Below, one piece after another: positions 18,620-28,644 of a stretch of DNA of 64,000 nt (its first letter is position 1; each line of letters opens with the position of its first letter). Under the pieces are notes generated by a model. It was not told the origin of the DNA. It searched no databases and worked only from the letters and a program-made list of their open reading frames with translations. The position numbers and the translations under genes are program-made. The DNA comes from an archaeon (lineage in GTDB: Archaea > Nanobdellota > Nanobdellia > Pacearchaeales > GW2011-AR1): assembly GCA_018693315.1 (NCBI GenBank), contig JABHLR010000005.1, positions 11,975 through 75,974 on the forward strand, read 5' to 3'.

Positions 18620-20476
18620 ATGAAAAAGAAAGGTGTTTCTGCGATTGTCGCGACTGTGTTGGTTGTTTTGATTGCTGTTGTCGGTATTGGATTGATTTGG
18701 GGTGTTGTTTTGCCGGTGATTGATGAAGGGTTTTCGGCTCAAGAGTATGATATAGATTTGGTTATTGATGACAGTGCCGGTTATACTTATTATGATGCCG
18801 ATAATAAGGTTGCATGTGTGCAGATTAAAAGAGGGGCTGATGAGTTTAATTTGTCGCGTATTGATGTGTTTTTTTATTTTAATGGAACTTCTTATGGTTC
18901 TAATTTTACTGGAAGCGATGTTCCTGGCCCAAATGAAATCAGAAAGAAATGTTTTAATCTTGAGGACTATGGGGCTCCGAATTCTATAGAAATAGCGTCG
19001 GTGATTTGGGATGATGGAAAAGAAATTATTGGGAAGGTTAGCTCGGCTGTCGCGAGAGTTAAACTTGGTAGTTATCCTGGGACTCCAACTGATATTGCTA
19101 AGTTGGATAAGCCGAAGAAGCAGAATAATAATGGGCCCGCTCCTGTCGTGTGCGTTGGTGGTTGTGATGATGGGAATGATTGTACTGTAGATGTTTGTAC
19201 TGATGGCAGTTGTTCTAATGATGATGTCGCGGATGGTACGGTTTGTACTGATGGTGGTTCTTGTTTGTCTGGGACATGTATTCTTCCTGATTGGATTGAG
19301 ATATCAGATTGTTCTTCTGTTGTGTTGAATGAAGAAGGTGCAACTTATATTCTTGTTAAGGATATTGATAGTACCGGTACGTGTTTACTTGTTGGCGCTG
19401 ATGGGATTACCGTTGATCTTAATGGGTTTGAGATTAGGGGTGAGGCCGAGTGGGATAGTTATGGTGTTATTATAGATGGTCAGGATAATACTATTGTGAG
19501 AAATGGAGGAATTTATAATTATGATACCGGTGTTTTTCTTGACTGGGGGTCAGAATCGAATACAGTAGATAATATGGTAATAAGTGATAATTTAGACCTT
19601 GGGGTGCACATTCTTGAAAGCACCAATAACAATATTATAAACAATATTATAGACGATGTTTGGGGCGGTTTTGGTTATGGAGTGTATGTTGAGGGAGCTT
19701 CTTCGGGATATAATAATATTATAAACAACACAATAGAAGATGTTTCTGCTGTGGGTGTGTCTATTGAATCTTCTGGCAATAAGGTAATAAATAATACTAT
19801 CATATCGTGTTCTGTTGGAATTAGGTCTTTCGGCGGGAGTAGTCTCGAGATTTTTAATAACAAGTTGCAGGATAATGGTGGGCGTGGAATTGATTTTTGG
19901 GGCGATAGTGATGGAAGTATTATCGGTAATTATATTCATTCGAATGGCCTTGGGATTGATTCTTCTACATCAGGTAATGTCTATATTGAAGATAATATAT
20001 TGAACGCTAATGGTCAGGGTGGTTTTTACATTTCTACTTTTAGTCCTAATACTTATGTTATTAAGAATAATTCTATTGTTGGCGATGGTTTTAATACCGG
20101 AATAAGTGTATCTTCTTCTATGGATGAGGCAACTATATCTATTGAGGATAACGTTGTTAATTCTAGTAGTGTTGGTATTTTTGTAGAACAAGGGCGTGGC
20201 TTTAGTGTTTATAATAATATTCTGGAGTCTAATGATGTTGGTTTGAAATTAGCTGGTTGGTCTTCTGGGGGTAATCATGATATTTCAGGTAATCATGTTT
20301 GTGGCAATGATGAGGATTTTGTTTGTGATAGGCATTTTTTGGGAGGTTTTTATTATAATATAGCAGATGTCTATGGAAGTGGAAATACTTTTGGTGGCGA
20401 TAGCGGAGATGTTGTTGCGTGTCCGGTAAATAGTTGGCCAGATTATGATAATGGAGATTATGGTTATTGTTCTTAA
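18620..20476 (+). CDS. Pilin-like surface protein with Cys-rich linker and beta-helix domain
   Basis: MKKKG|VSAIVATVLVVLIAVV; CDDGNDCTVDVC repeat; VDLNGFEI and N-rich parallel beta-helix repeats. Confidence 0.8.
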   Translation: MKKKGVSAIVATVLVVLIAVVGIGLIWGVVLPVIDEGFSAQEYDIDLVIDDSAGYTYYDADNKVACVQIKRGADEFNLSRIDVFFYFNGTSYGSNFTGSDVPGPNEIRKKCFNLEDYGAPNSIEIASVIWDDGKEIIGKVSSAVARVKLGSYPGTPTDIAKLDKPKKQNNNGPAPVVCVGGCDDGNDCTVDVCTDGSCSNDDVADGTVCTDGGSCLSGTCILPDWIEISDCSSVVLNEEGATYILVKDIDSTGTCLLVGADGITVDLNGFEIRGEAEWDSYGVIIDGQDNTIVRNGGIYNYDTGVFLDWGSESNTVDNMVISDNLDLGVHILESTNNNIINNIIDDVWGGFGYGVYVEGASSGYNNIINNTIEDVSAVGVSIESSGNKVINNTIISCSVGIRSFGGSSLEIFNNKLQDNGGRGIDFWGDSDGSIIGNYIHSNGLGIDSSTSGNVYIEDNILNANGQGGFYISTFSPNTYVIKNNSIVGDGFNTGISVSSSMDEATISIEDNVVNSSSVGIFVEQGRGFSVYNNILESNDVGLKLAGWSSGGNHDISGNHVCGNDEDFVCDRHFLGGFYYNIADVYGSGNTFGGDSGDVVACPVNSWPDYDNGDYGYCS

Positions 20477-20513
20477 TCTAAAGATTTAATAGGTGGTTTT
20501 TCTTGTTTAGAAT

Positions 20514-21731
20514 ATGAGTATGAAAAGTGTTTTGTCGAAGGAGCTCGAGTTGATTTCGCTTTCTCGTGAGGAGATTTTGAGATTGCATAGGGTTTCTAAG
20601 GATTTTATTAGTTCGTTGAAGAGAGCGGGCCTGAGGGCTTATGTGGGGGGTAGTTTGGCGAAGGGTACACTTGTTAAGAAGGGAAAGCAAGATGTTGATA
20701 TTTTTGTTGTGTTTGATTTTAGTGAGGATATTTTGAAGTTGGAGAAGGTGCTGGAGAAAATGAAACTGCCTGGGAAGTTGAGTAAGGTTCATGGGTCGAG
20801 GGATTATTTTCAGATTGATTGTGACGATGTTATTTTGGAAGTCGTGCCTGTTGTGAAGAATAAGGATCCTGAGATGGCGGAGAATGTGACTGATGTTTCT
20901 CTTTCTCATGTTAAGTATGTTGTTGGGGCTTTGAGGAAGAATCCTAAGTTGGCGAATGAGATAAAGTTGGCGAAGACTTTTTGTTATGCGAATCGTTGTT
21001 ATGGGGCCGAGAGTTATGTGAAGGGATTTAGTGGATATTCTTTGGAGATTTTGGTTATTCATTTTGGAGGTTTTGTTAAATTTTTGAAAGGGATTGCTAA
21101 GGTTAGGGTTGTTGATCCTTTGAAATATTTTAAGGGCGAGCGTGATGTTTTGAATGAGATTAATGCTTCGAAGTTGGTTGGTCCGATTGTTGTTGTTGAT
21201 CCGACTTACAAGTATAGGAATGTGACTGCTGGTTTGGGTTATGAGACTTTTGGGAAGTTTAATGAGATTGTTAAGAGCTTTTTGAAATCGCCGTCGCTGA
21301 GTTTTTTTGAGAAGAAGGAAATTGATGTTGCTAGTTTGAAGAAAATGCGCGGTAGGTTTGTTGAAATTGATTTGAGTACTGATAGACAGGAGGGTGATAT
21401 TGCTGGGACGAAGATGAAGAAGTTGTTGGATTTTTTTGCGAGGGAATTGGTTAGAAAAGGGCAAAAGATTTTGGCGAAGGAGTTTGATTATTCGAATGTT
21501 GGGCAGAAAGCTAAGGGTTATTTGGTTGTTGGTGAGAAATTGGAGATTGAAGTTCGTGGACCTTCGGTTGGTTTGCAGGATGCTGTTAAGGCTTTTAAGA
21601 AAGCTAAGGGAAAGAATGTTTTTGCGAGGAAGGGATTTTGGTGGTTTAAGGAAAAAGTTTCTGTTGAAAGTATTTTTGAAATGGTGAAGAAAGTTTCTGG
21701 TGAGATGGGTGCTAGTGGGAAGTTAGTTTAG
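20514..21731 (+). CDS. cca: Archaeal (class I) CCA-adding tRNA nucleotidyltransferase
   Basis: GGSLAKGT..DVDIF, EVVP, YGAESYVKGFSGYSLE, VDPT..RNV. Confidence 0.92.
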   Translation: MSMKSVLSKELELISLSREEILRLHRVSKDFISSLKRAGLRAYVGGSLAKGTLVKKGKQDVDIFVVFDFSEDILKLEKVLEKMKLPGKLSKVHGSRDYFQIDCDDVILEVVPVVKNKDPEMAENVTDVSLSHVKYVVGALRKNPKLANEIKLAKTFCYANRCYGAESYVKGFSGYSLEILVIHFGGFVKFLKGIAKVRVVDPLKYFKGERDVLNEINASKLVGPIVVVDPTYKYRNVTAGLGYETFGKFNEIVKSFLKSPSLSFFEKKEIDVASLKKMRGRFVEIDLSTDRQEGDIAGTKMKKLLDFFARELVRKGQKILAKEFDYSNVGQKAKGYLVVGEKLEIEVRGPSVGLQDAVKAFKKAKGKNVFARKGFWWFKEKVSVESIFEMVKKVSGEMGASGKLV

Positions 21732-21733
21732 AG

Positions 21734-22012
21734 TTATTTGTTTCTCTCGTTTACATATTCTTCAATAGATTTTCCGTCGATGGTGTAATATGCTCTTCCT
21801 TGTTTGGTTTCGATGTAAGTTTCGTTTGTGTCTGGTGCGTTTGGATCACCGATAACGTTTTGTGTTTTGGTTCTTCTTTTTTCACTTCTAGTGATATCAT
21901 AATTATGCAAGGCATCTAATCCTTTTTTCGCTTGGACACCGACTAAGCATGCAGTTCCAATTAATAATGCTGATGCAGATATTCCAATAATATGATTTAA
22001 TATTTTTGCCAT
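21734..22012 (-). CDS. Hypothetical membrane-anchored protein
   Basis: N-terminal hydrophobic helix; starts 1 nt after the TrmB stop. Confidence 0.6.
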   Translation of the reverse strand: MAKILNHIIGISASALLIGTACLVGVQAKKGLDALHNYDITRSEKRRTKTQNVIGDPNAPDTNETYIETKQGRAYYTIDGKSIEEYVNERNK

Positions 22013-22013
22013 G

Positions 22014-22796
22014 TTAGTTTTTCCATGCCATGTCGAACATGTATGCTAGGGATGTTGTGAAGAATGGGGAGTTGATCCAGACGCCGTAGTCGAAATCTTC
22101 GTGGACGTTTGTTGGTTTGATTGTGAAGATTAATTCTTTCTTGTCTGCAACTACGAATCTTGCGTGGATAGGTTTTGATTTTACTTCTACTCCGAGTTTC
22201 TTAGATAATTTTGTTGCGTCCTCTTCGCTGTCGCCGATCATTACTTTGATGTCGACTTTTCGTTTCTTCAGTTTTGTGAAGACGTCTTTGAATAATTTTA
22301 GCTTTGAGGAAAGTTCGTATGCTGAGGAAGTCATGTGGATTGTTTTTTCTGCTGTTTCCATAACTGCTCGCATTTGTAAATATAAATTTGATCGGCCTTT
22401 GATGGAAGTTGAAAGTTCGTGGTTTTTGATTGGTTCGATTCCGGTCTTGTGTAGATCTTGTAATTCTTTGTATTCTGTTGTATCTTTTAGCCCTGTTAGT
22501 GTTTTGATTTTTTCTTCTGCGTGAGTTGTTGTGTTGTTCTTTAGTTTCTCGATAACGATTTCTGGTTTTACTGCGATATACTTTACAGGTTTGCCTAGTT
22601 TTTGGATTACAAATCCTCGCTTCTCTAAAGATTCTAAAACGTCGTAAGTTCTTGAACGTGGGACGCCGGAGATCTCTGCGATTTCACCTGCTGAGGAAAT
22701 TCCTTTAGAAAGCAAAGCTAGCCAGACCTTTGTTTCGTAAATGTTTAGGTCGAAGTATCCTTTCAGTTTCTTGATTAATTCTGGTTTTGCTATCAT
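22014..22796 (-). CDS. TrmB family transcriptional regulator
   Basis: LNIYETKVWLALL..AGEIAEISGVPRSRTYDVLESLEKRGF wHTH; PLD-like C-domain (HARFVVAD). Confidence 0.92.
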   Translation of the reverse strand: MIAKPELIKKLKGYFDLNIYETKVWLALLSKGISSAGEIAEISGVPRSRTYDVLESLEKRGFVIQKLGKPVKYIAVKPEIVIEKLKNNTTTHAEEKIKTLTGLKDTTEYKELQDLHKTGIEPIKNHELSTSIKGRSNLYLQMRAVMETAEKTIHMTSSAYELSSKLKLFKDVFTKLKKRKVDIKVMIGDSEEDATKLSKKLGVEVKSKPIHARFVVADKKELIFTIKPTNVHEDFDYGVWINSPFFTTSLAYMFDMAWKN

Positions 22797-22906
22797 TTTA
22801 CTACTAATAGTGGACAAAAAAATCTTTTATAAATGTTTGGGTTATGTTGTCTTTCTCTAGGGGTTACAATAGGAAGTTTTATATAGAATTTTTTTGTGTC
22901 ATTCTT

Positions 22907-23413
22907 ATGAGATTGAAGTATACTCTGGTATTCTTGTTGGGATTTGTTAGTTGCGCGCTTTTGTTTAGCTTGTTTAGTTATTTTGGTGTGGCACTCGCCG
23001 GTGTACCCATTGAGATGGGCAAGGTTCCGTTTGGGACAGGGATGGTGAGTTATGGGGTTAGTGCGCCTTCTGACTGGGTTTCTGAGGATGATATTGTTGT
23101 TTTTGATGATATGGTTGTTTTGAGGATTGCGAATGCTACATTGTCTAATTATGCGAATAGTGGGAGTATGTTGCCGTTTTTGGATGAGGGTGCGAATGGT
23201 ATACGTGTTGTTCCGGAGAGTGTTGATGATGTGAATGTTGGAGATATTGTTAGTTATGTTTTTGATGGGATCATGATTGTGCATCGAGTTGTTGAGAAAG
23301 GTGTGGATGATGAAGGGGTTTATTTTGTGATGCAGGGAGATAATAATTTGGTGAGTGATGGGAAGGTTCGGTTTGAGGATGTTAGGTATGTTACTGTTGG
23401 GATTCTATATTAA
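22907..23413 (+). CDS. Signal peptidase I (S26, archaeal type)
   Basis: SGSMLP catalytic Ser, VGDIV, IVHRV catalytic His, QGDNN. Confidence 0.85.
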   Translation: MRLKYTLVFLLGFVSCALLFSLFSYFGVALAGVPIEMGKVPFGTGMVSYGVSAPSDWVSEDDIVVFDDMVVLRIANATLSNYANSGSMLPFLDEGANGIRVVPESVDDVNVGDIVSYVFDGIMIVHRVVEKGVDDEGVYFVMQGDNNLVSDGKVRFEDVRYVTVGILY

Positions 23414-24361
23414 GAGTTTCCAGATTAGTAATCCTAAGAATATTCCGGTTGTGATGTATGGCATTGCTGGGTATGCTTTTCCTTTTTTGGTTATGAAGAA
23501 TAGGAATGATAATCCTGCGAGTGCTCCGAAGATTACGAAGAGTGCTGGGATGATTCCGAATGCTTGCATGAAAACTCCGGCTGTGATTATTGGGAAGATG
23601 ACATCTCCGCCGCCGAGGATTGCCAAGCTTACTTTGAATTTTTTCTTTTTAATTTTGGCTGGCATTTTTTTGCCTTTGTATTTTTGTTTTATCTTTGCGA
23701 TTTGAGCTTTGACTTTTTTGGATGCTGATGGGATTAGGAAACCGCCGAATATTTTTAGTTCTTCCATTTGGAACTTTGCCATTTTTTGCATGACGCCGGA
23801 TTTCCATACTGCCCATGCGTCGTAGATTGAGATTAGGATAAGTAATACTATGACTGTTTTCCAGGTTAGGATTGGGACGAAGACTGCTGCGATTCCGGGA
23901 TAGATTAGGAGTTCTGTTAGGTTGTGGGTGTAGGCGTTTGGGTGGAATATTTTTATGAATGCTAGTGGGATTGCGATTGCCATGGCGACGATTGCGATGT
24001 TCATTAATGGTGTGTATTTTAGGATTGCGTTAAATGAAATTCCGAGGGCTAGTGCGACGACGAGGAAGAACCAGAGCCTGATGACGATTCGCCATTTGTA
24101 TTTCATTAGGATGAAAATTAGTGCGAATGCTAGGGCGAATGCGAAAATGATTGATAGAAAATCTGGAGTTGGTTCGTCTTGTGGCGCTTGGAGTCCGAAT
24201 GGAAGTGATCCTTCGGTCATAAATAATTCTTGTTCGCCTGTTTCCGGGTTGATGATTGTTAGTGATTGTGGGGCATAGGCGTTGACGACGAAGAGGCCGA
24301 TGAATTGCGTGACTATGAACATTGAAAGTAAGAGTAGAGTTATTGTTAATCTGTGTTTCAC
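23405..24361 (-). CDS. Presenilin-family intramembrane aspartyl protease
   Basis: Multi-TM; ISIYDAWAVW (YD), LGGGD (GxGD), YPAMP (PAL-like). Confidence 0.9.
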   Translation of the reverse strand: MKHRLTITLLLLSMFIVTQFIGLFVVNAYAPQSLTIINPETGEQELFMTEGSLPFGLQAPQDEPTPDFLSIIFAFALAFALIFILMKYKWRIVIRLWFFLVVALALGISFNAILKYTPLMNIAIVAMAIAIPLAFIKIFHPNAYTHNLTELLIYPGIAAVFVPILTWKTVIVLLILISIYDAWAVWKSGVMQKMAKFQMEELKIFGGFLIPSASKKVKAQIAKIKQKYKGKKMPAKIKKKKFKVSLAILGGGDVIFPIITAGVFMQAFGIIPALFVIFGALAGLSFLFFITKKGKAYPAMPYITTGIFLGLLIWKLLI

Positions 24362-24402
24362 TTTGTCACCTGTTGATTATTGGGGTGAGAGGTATATAAA
24401 GA

Positions 24403-26292
24403 TTATCTTAATCTGATTGTTTCTAGATTTTTTGGGACTGTTGTTTCTGTTCGCTGTTGTTTGTAAATGGATGAAGCTAAATCTAGACACTTGGATTGTT
24501 CGCCGTGGTTTATGATTACTTTTCTTGGTTTTGGGTTTATGTTGTTCATGAATGCCATTAGTTCGTTTCGTGAGGAGTGGCCGGAGAATCCGTCCAGCGA
24601 TAGGAGTTTTAGTTTTATTGGGACAATTTCTACTTTTCCGTTTACGTCGAATTTTGCTTCTTTCAATCCTTCTTTAAGTTGTCGTCCGAGTCCGCCTGCT
24701 GGTTGGTAACATGAAAGACAGAGTCCGTTATTTGGGCTATCTGCGAATTCTCTTAGGTATTCTACGGATGCGCCGCCAACAAGCATTCCTGATGTTGCTA
24801 GAACTATGCAAGGTCCGCCTTCAATTACTTTTTTTCGTTCGTGTGGGGAGCCAACTTGGCTGAATATTTCTGATACGAATGGGTTGTTGTCTGCGAAGAT
24901 GTTTGCCCGGAGTGCGTTTGATAGGAAATCTGGGTAGGCTGTGTGGATTCCGTTGATGTCCCAGATCATACCATCGATATAGATTGGTACTTTTGTTAGC
25001 TTGCCGTTTCGCATTGCGTCTTCGAGAATTAGCATTTTTTCTTGGGCATGTCCTGTTCCTAATTCTGGAAGTAGAAGTTTTCCGCCGCCTGCTATTACAT
25101 CATTTGCGAATTTGATCAGGGCTTCTTCGGATTCTTTTTTGGGCGGGTAGTTGTTGTCTTTTCCACCGTATGTTGCTTCGAGCTGCAGTGTTTCTAGTCT
25201 TGGGAAATATGATGTTGCGGCTTCTAGGGATCTTGATTTTCCGAATTTGATGTCGCCTGAGTAGACGTAATTGTGGAGGCCGTTTCCGATGTTGAAGTGG
25301 ATCATTGCTGAGCCGAGTGTATGACCTGCGTTGTATAATGTGATTCGGACGTCTGGTGTGATGTCGGTTACTTCTTGGTAGTTTAGCGTTATTGAATGTT
25401 TTACCATGTCTCGAACGTTTGAAGATTTGAATAGTGGGGCTGCGGCTTGTTTATATGCGACGCCGATGAAGTCGAGTGCCATTAGAGCTGATATGTCTCT
25501 TGTTGGCGCTGTCATGTAGACTGGGCCTTTGTATCCCATTTTGTAGAGATAGGGAATTAGTCCGGAGTGATCCAAGTGGGCGTGTGACAAAATTACGGCG
25601 TCGATTGTTGATAGGTCTAGTTCTGGGGCTTCTAGGTATGGATATTTGTCTTTGCCGTTTGAAGATACGTCAACTCCGCAGTCGATTATGATTCTTGAGA
25701 TTGGAGTTTGCAGGAGAAAACAGGAACGTCCGACTTGTCGTCCGCCGCCTAAAGCTGTGATTCTGATCCATTCTTCCATTTTGTCGGGGTTCCATTCTTT
25801 GTAGATTTTTTCTCCGATGTTGTTCAGGAATTTTTTTCGGTACGTATTGTCTTGGTATAGAACTTCTCTGATTTTGTTTGTTATTTTGGATTTGATTGCT
25901 GGGGATCTTTGAACTTGTGGCGTCCAGAATGTTTCGACCTTTACCGTTCTTAATAGTGATCCGCCTTTTCCGATTGCTAATCCTGGTTTTTTTGCTTCGA
26001 TGATTACTGTGCTTCGTTGTGGGTCGAAAATTATTTGTGTTAGTTCGGCTTCTTGTGGGATTATTTGTTTTATTTTTGCTTCAGTCTCTTCTTGTTTCAT
26101 TAGGAGTTTCTTGTCTGCTCGTAGTTCGACTCGTTTTTTGATTGTGTTTACTACGTCTTTGATTTGTGAGTCGCCGTTTTTGAAGAATGCTGTGTCTGTT
26201 GTGTATACGACTATGTTTGCTCCTTCGAAAATTGTTGAGCCGACTACACCTCGCGGTAGCTGCCCTTCGATTGTTTGTAAGATATCTGCCAT
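24403..26292 (-). CDS. fttA: Beta-CASP ribonuclease aCPSF1 / FttA
   Basis: N-terminal KH domains (FEGANIVVY, KPGLAIGK), HAHLDH, AGHTLG, FSGHS, NHGE. Confidence 0.95.
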   Translation of the reverse strand: MADILQTIEGQLPRGVVGSTIFEGANIVVYTTDTAFFKNGDSQIKDVVNTIKKRVELRADKKLLMKQEETEAKIKQIIPQEAELTQIIFDPQRSTVIIEAKKPGLAIGKGGSLLRTVKVETFWTPQVQRSPAIKSKITNKIREVLYQDNTYRKKFLNNIGEKIYKEWNPDKMEEWIRITALGGGRQVGRSCFLLQTPISRIIIDCGVDVSSNGKDKYPYLEAPELDLSTIDAVILSHAHLDHSGLIPYLYKMGYKGPVYMTAPTRDISALMALDFIGVAYKQAAAPLFKSSNVRDMVKHSITLNYQEVTDITPDVRITLYNAGHTLGSAMIHFNIGNGLHNYVYSGDIKFGKSRSLEAATSYFPRLETLQLEATYGGKDNNYPPKKESEEALIKFANDVIAGGGKLLLPELGTGHAQEKMLILEDAMRNGKLTKVPIYIDGMIWDINGIHTAYPDFLSNALRANIFADNNPFVSEIFSQVGSPHERKKVIEGGPCIVLATSGMLVGGASVEYLREFADSPNNGLCLSCYQPAGGLGRQLKEGLKEAKFDVNGKVEIVPIKLKLLSLDGFSGHSSRNELMAFMNNINPKPRKVIINHGEQSKCLDLASSIYKQQRTETTVPKNLETIRLR

Positions 26293-26296
26293 ATTA

Positions 26297-26962
26297 TTAA
26301 TTGTGTTCTGTGTAAACTTTTTCTACTCTTTGTTTTGATATGTGTTCAATTCCGTCCTTTGTGATTTTGAAAACGTCGATTCCGTGTCCTGATGCTGTGT
26401 CTCGTTCGGATGAGGATTTGATCGCGTCGATTGCGAGTTCTACTCCTTCTTCGATTGTTAGGTCTGGCTTGTACATTCTTTCAAGCATTCCTAGTATATA
26501 AGGCATTCCTGAGGAGAAATTTGCGTCGAAGTCTTCTACTACCATTACGCTGCCGGCTGGTTCGATTGAGTATAGTTCTGCTGTACCGTTTTCGTTTAGG
26601 CCGCCGACCATTAGTCCTGCCATGAATGGGATCATTGAGGGTTGTCGGATGTTTTTGTAGGATGTCATTGCGATCATGTTTGCTGCTTCTTTGATTGTTG
26701 GTCTTGTTTTGTCTTTTAGTTCTTTTAGTTTAAGTTGTGCTGTTATTAGTTTTTTTGAGATTTCGATGTCGGATGCTGTTCCTGTTCCGGAGATTACTAG
26801 GTAGTCGTTTAGCTTTGTAACTTTTTGGCAGTTTTTTTGCATTACGATGTGTCCGCCGGCTGTTGCTTTTCGGTCGCCTGCCATAACTACGCCGTCTTTG
26901 CACACAATTCCGACTAGGCTCGTACCTGTCGTTAAAATATTTTTCTTTAATTCTGCATCCAT
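26297..26962 (-). CDS. psmB: Proteasome beta subunit
   Basis: TG|TSLVGIVCKDGVVMAGDRKAT; ERDTASG; typical adjacency to aCPSF1. Confidence 0.93.
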   Translation of the reverse strand: MDAELKKNILTTGTSLVGIVCKDGVVMAGDRKATAGGHIVMQKNCQKVTKLNDYLVISGTGTASDIEISKKLITAQLKLKELKDKTRPTIKEAANMIAMTSYKNIRQPSMIPFMAGLMVGGLNENGTAELYSIEPAGSVMVVEDFDANFSSGMPYILGMLERMYKPDLTIEEGVELAIDAIKSSSERDTASGHGIDVFKITKDGIEHISKQRVEKVYTEHN

Positions 26963-27069
26963 TGTAAACTCTTAGAATTTATAATAATTTGAGGATTATT
27001 TGGTTTTTAAGGTTTTTGGTGTGATTTGTGTGTAATAACTCTTATAAACGGGGGTTTGTTAAGTTTTTG

Positions 27070-27471
27070 ATGGAATATGAGGGTTTGTTGGATGAGGCTT
27101 ATGAGAATGTTGAGGCGACTGATGAGTGTGAGCGTTTTGAGGTGTTGAAAGTTAAGGGGCATCATGAGGGGGTTCGTACTATTATATCGAATTTTGGGCA
27201 GATTGTTTTGTGTATTAGAAGGAAGCCGGAGCATTTTTTGAAGTTTTTGACTAAGGAATTGGCGAGTTCGGGGGAGATTAAGGGGGATAGATTGATTTTG
27301 TCGAGGAAGTTGGCGAGTAAGGATGTTAATGATAAGATTGAGAAGTATGTGAATGGGTTCGTTTTGTGTCCTAAGTGTAAAAAACCGGATACTGAGCTTG
27401 AGAACGCGGGGGCGAAGGCTTTTTTAAGGTGTCTTGCGTGTGGTGAGAAGTATGAAGTGCATAAAATTTAG
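27070..27471 (+). CDS. eif2b: Translation initiation factor aIF-2 beta
   Basis: YEGLLDEAY..RFE..TIISNF..LTKELA; CPKCKKPDT..CLACG Zn ribbon. Confidence 0.93.
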   Translation: MEYEGLLDEAYENVEATDECERFEVLKVKGHHEGVRTIISNFGQIVLCIRRKPEHFLKFLTKELASSGEIKGDRLILSRKLASKDVNDKIEKYVNGFVLCPKCKKPDTELENAGAKAFLRCLACGEKYEVHKI

Positions 27472-27498
27472 ACGAATTAAATTGAATAGGAGGAAAAT

Positions 27499-27693
27499 AT
27501 GACAATTGAAGGAAGATGTATGAAGTGTAAGGAAAACAAACCAATGAAGGATGCGGAGATGCACAAGACTTCTCGAGGCGGATTTATGGCTAAGGGAAAG
27601 TGTACTGCGTGTGGATGTGGTATGTGTAGAATTATGTCGAAGGACAATGCTGAAAAAGCAGTGACTGATGGCGAGGCCAAAAAGGCTTATTAG
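27499..27693 (+). CDS. Small Zn-ribbon protein (DUF5679-like)
   Basis: CMKCKE..M...KGKCTACGCGMCRI; SD AGGAGG. Confidence 0.75.
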   Translation: MTIEGRCMKCKENKPMKDAEMHKTSRGGFMAKGKCTACGCGMCRIMSKDNAEKAVTDGEAKKAY

Positions 27694-27703
27694 TTTTTAT
27701 TTT

Positions 27704-27730
27704 AATTCCTCTTTTAGGGAGAAGAGGATT
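27704..27730 (+). terminator. Hairpin downstream of the Zn-ribbon gene
   Basis: AATTCCTCTTTT-aggg-AGAAGAGGATT followed by a T-rich tract. Confidence 0.45.
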
Positions 27731-27797
27731 TTCATTTTTTATTGTGTGTAAGAAATGTGACATAGGTGTTTTGGATTGAATAGATTTTAAAGATTAA

Positions 27798-28064
27798 AAA
27801 AAAGAGTGTGGAGCATCAGAGTATGGTTTTATCATTAGGGTTAATCCCCTTCAGAAGGAGAAGATAGAGAGGCTTGTTGAATTTGCAAAGAAGGATCCGA
27901 GGTCTGTTATTTTGACTAAGTCAGCAGGGCATTTCAATTTGCATTATGATTTTTTGGTGGAAGATGATAATAGCTTAAGTGATATGCTTCACAAGGTTGA
28001 TGAAATTCTTGGAAAAGGAATTCTGGAAGGTCATAAGATTAAGGTTGATAGTATGATTAGTTAG
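27798..28064 (+). pseudogene. Start-less remnant resembling an Lrp/AsnC C-terminal (RAM) domain
   Basis: Open frame ..EYGFIIRVNPLQKEKIERLVEFAKKDPRSVILTKSAGHFNLHYDFLVED..; in-frame TAA just upstream at an A8 run; no HTH. Confidence 0.45.
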
Positions 28065-28101
28065 GAAGAAGATTTATTAATCTGCTTTTATTGGATATTT
28101 T

Positions 28102-28644
28102 ATGTATGGGAAAAGGGGACAGGGTATGTCGTTGACTACGATTATTTTGATTGTGCTTGGCTTGGCGGTTCTTGTTTTTTTAATATTTGGATTTTCTACA
28201 GGTTGGGGAAATTTGTGGGGAACTATAACTGAGCTTGGTGGTGGAGATGCTAATGTTGATGATATAAGTCGGGGTTGTGCTTTGGCTTGTCAGCAAGGGG
28301 CGTCTTATGGTTTTTGTGATCAGAAAAGGGATTTGATTATTTCTAAGGGTAAGGAGACTAGTGGGAGTTGTTTTGATTTTGCAAAGAAGAGACCTTCTTT
28401 GGGGATTGAAAATTGTAATAATTTATGTAGTGGGGATTCGGATGGTTGTGTTTCCAAGGAGAAGAAAGATGTGAATTGTGATGGGGTTGGGGAGGAGGGT
28501 TCTCCTACCAAAACAACTCCTTCTAGTTCTGTAGGAAGTGGGGCTATTGCAATTGATTTGTCTCAGGAATCTTTGGATATTTCTTATGTGGTGATTACTT
28601 CTGATGAGGATTCGTTTAGTGAAAGTGGGGAGGTTTTTGCATGA
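28102..28644 (+). CDS. Class III signal peptide (pilin-like) Cys-rich protein
   Basis: MYGKRG|QGMSLTTIILIVLGLAVLVFLIFGF; CALAC..FC..C motifs; overlaps the next gene (ATGA). Confidence 0.75.
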   Translation: MYGKRGQGMSLTTIILIVLGLAVLVFLIFGFSTGWGNLWGTITELGGGDANVDDISRGCALACQQGASYGFCDQKRDLIISKGKETSGSCFDFAKKRPSLGIENCNNLCSGDSDGCVSKEKKDVNCDGVGEEGSPTKTTPSSSVGSGAIAIDLSQESLDISYVVITSDEDSFSESGEVFA

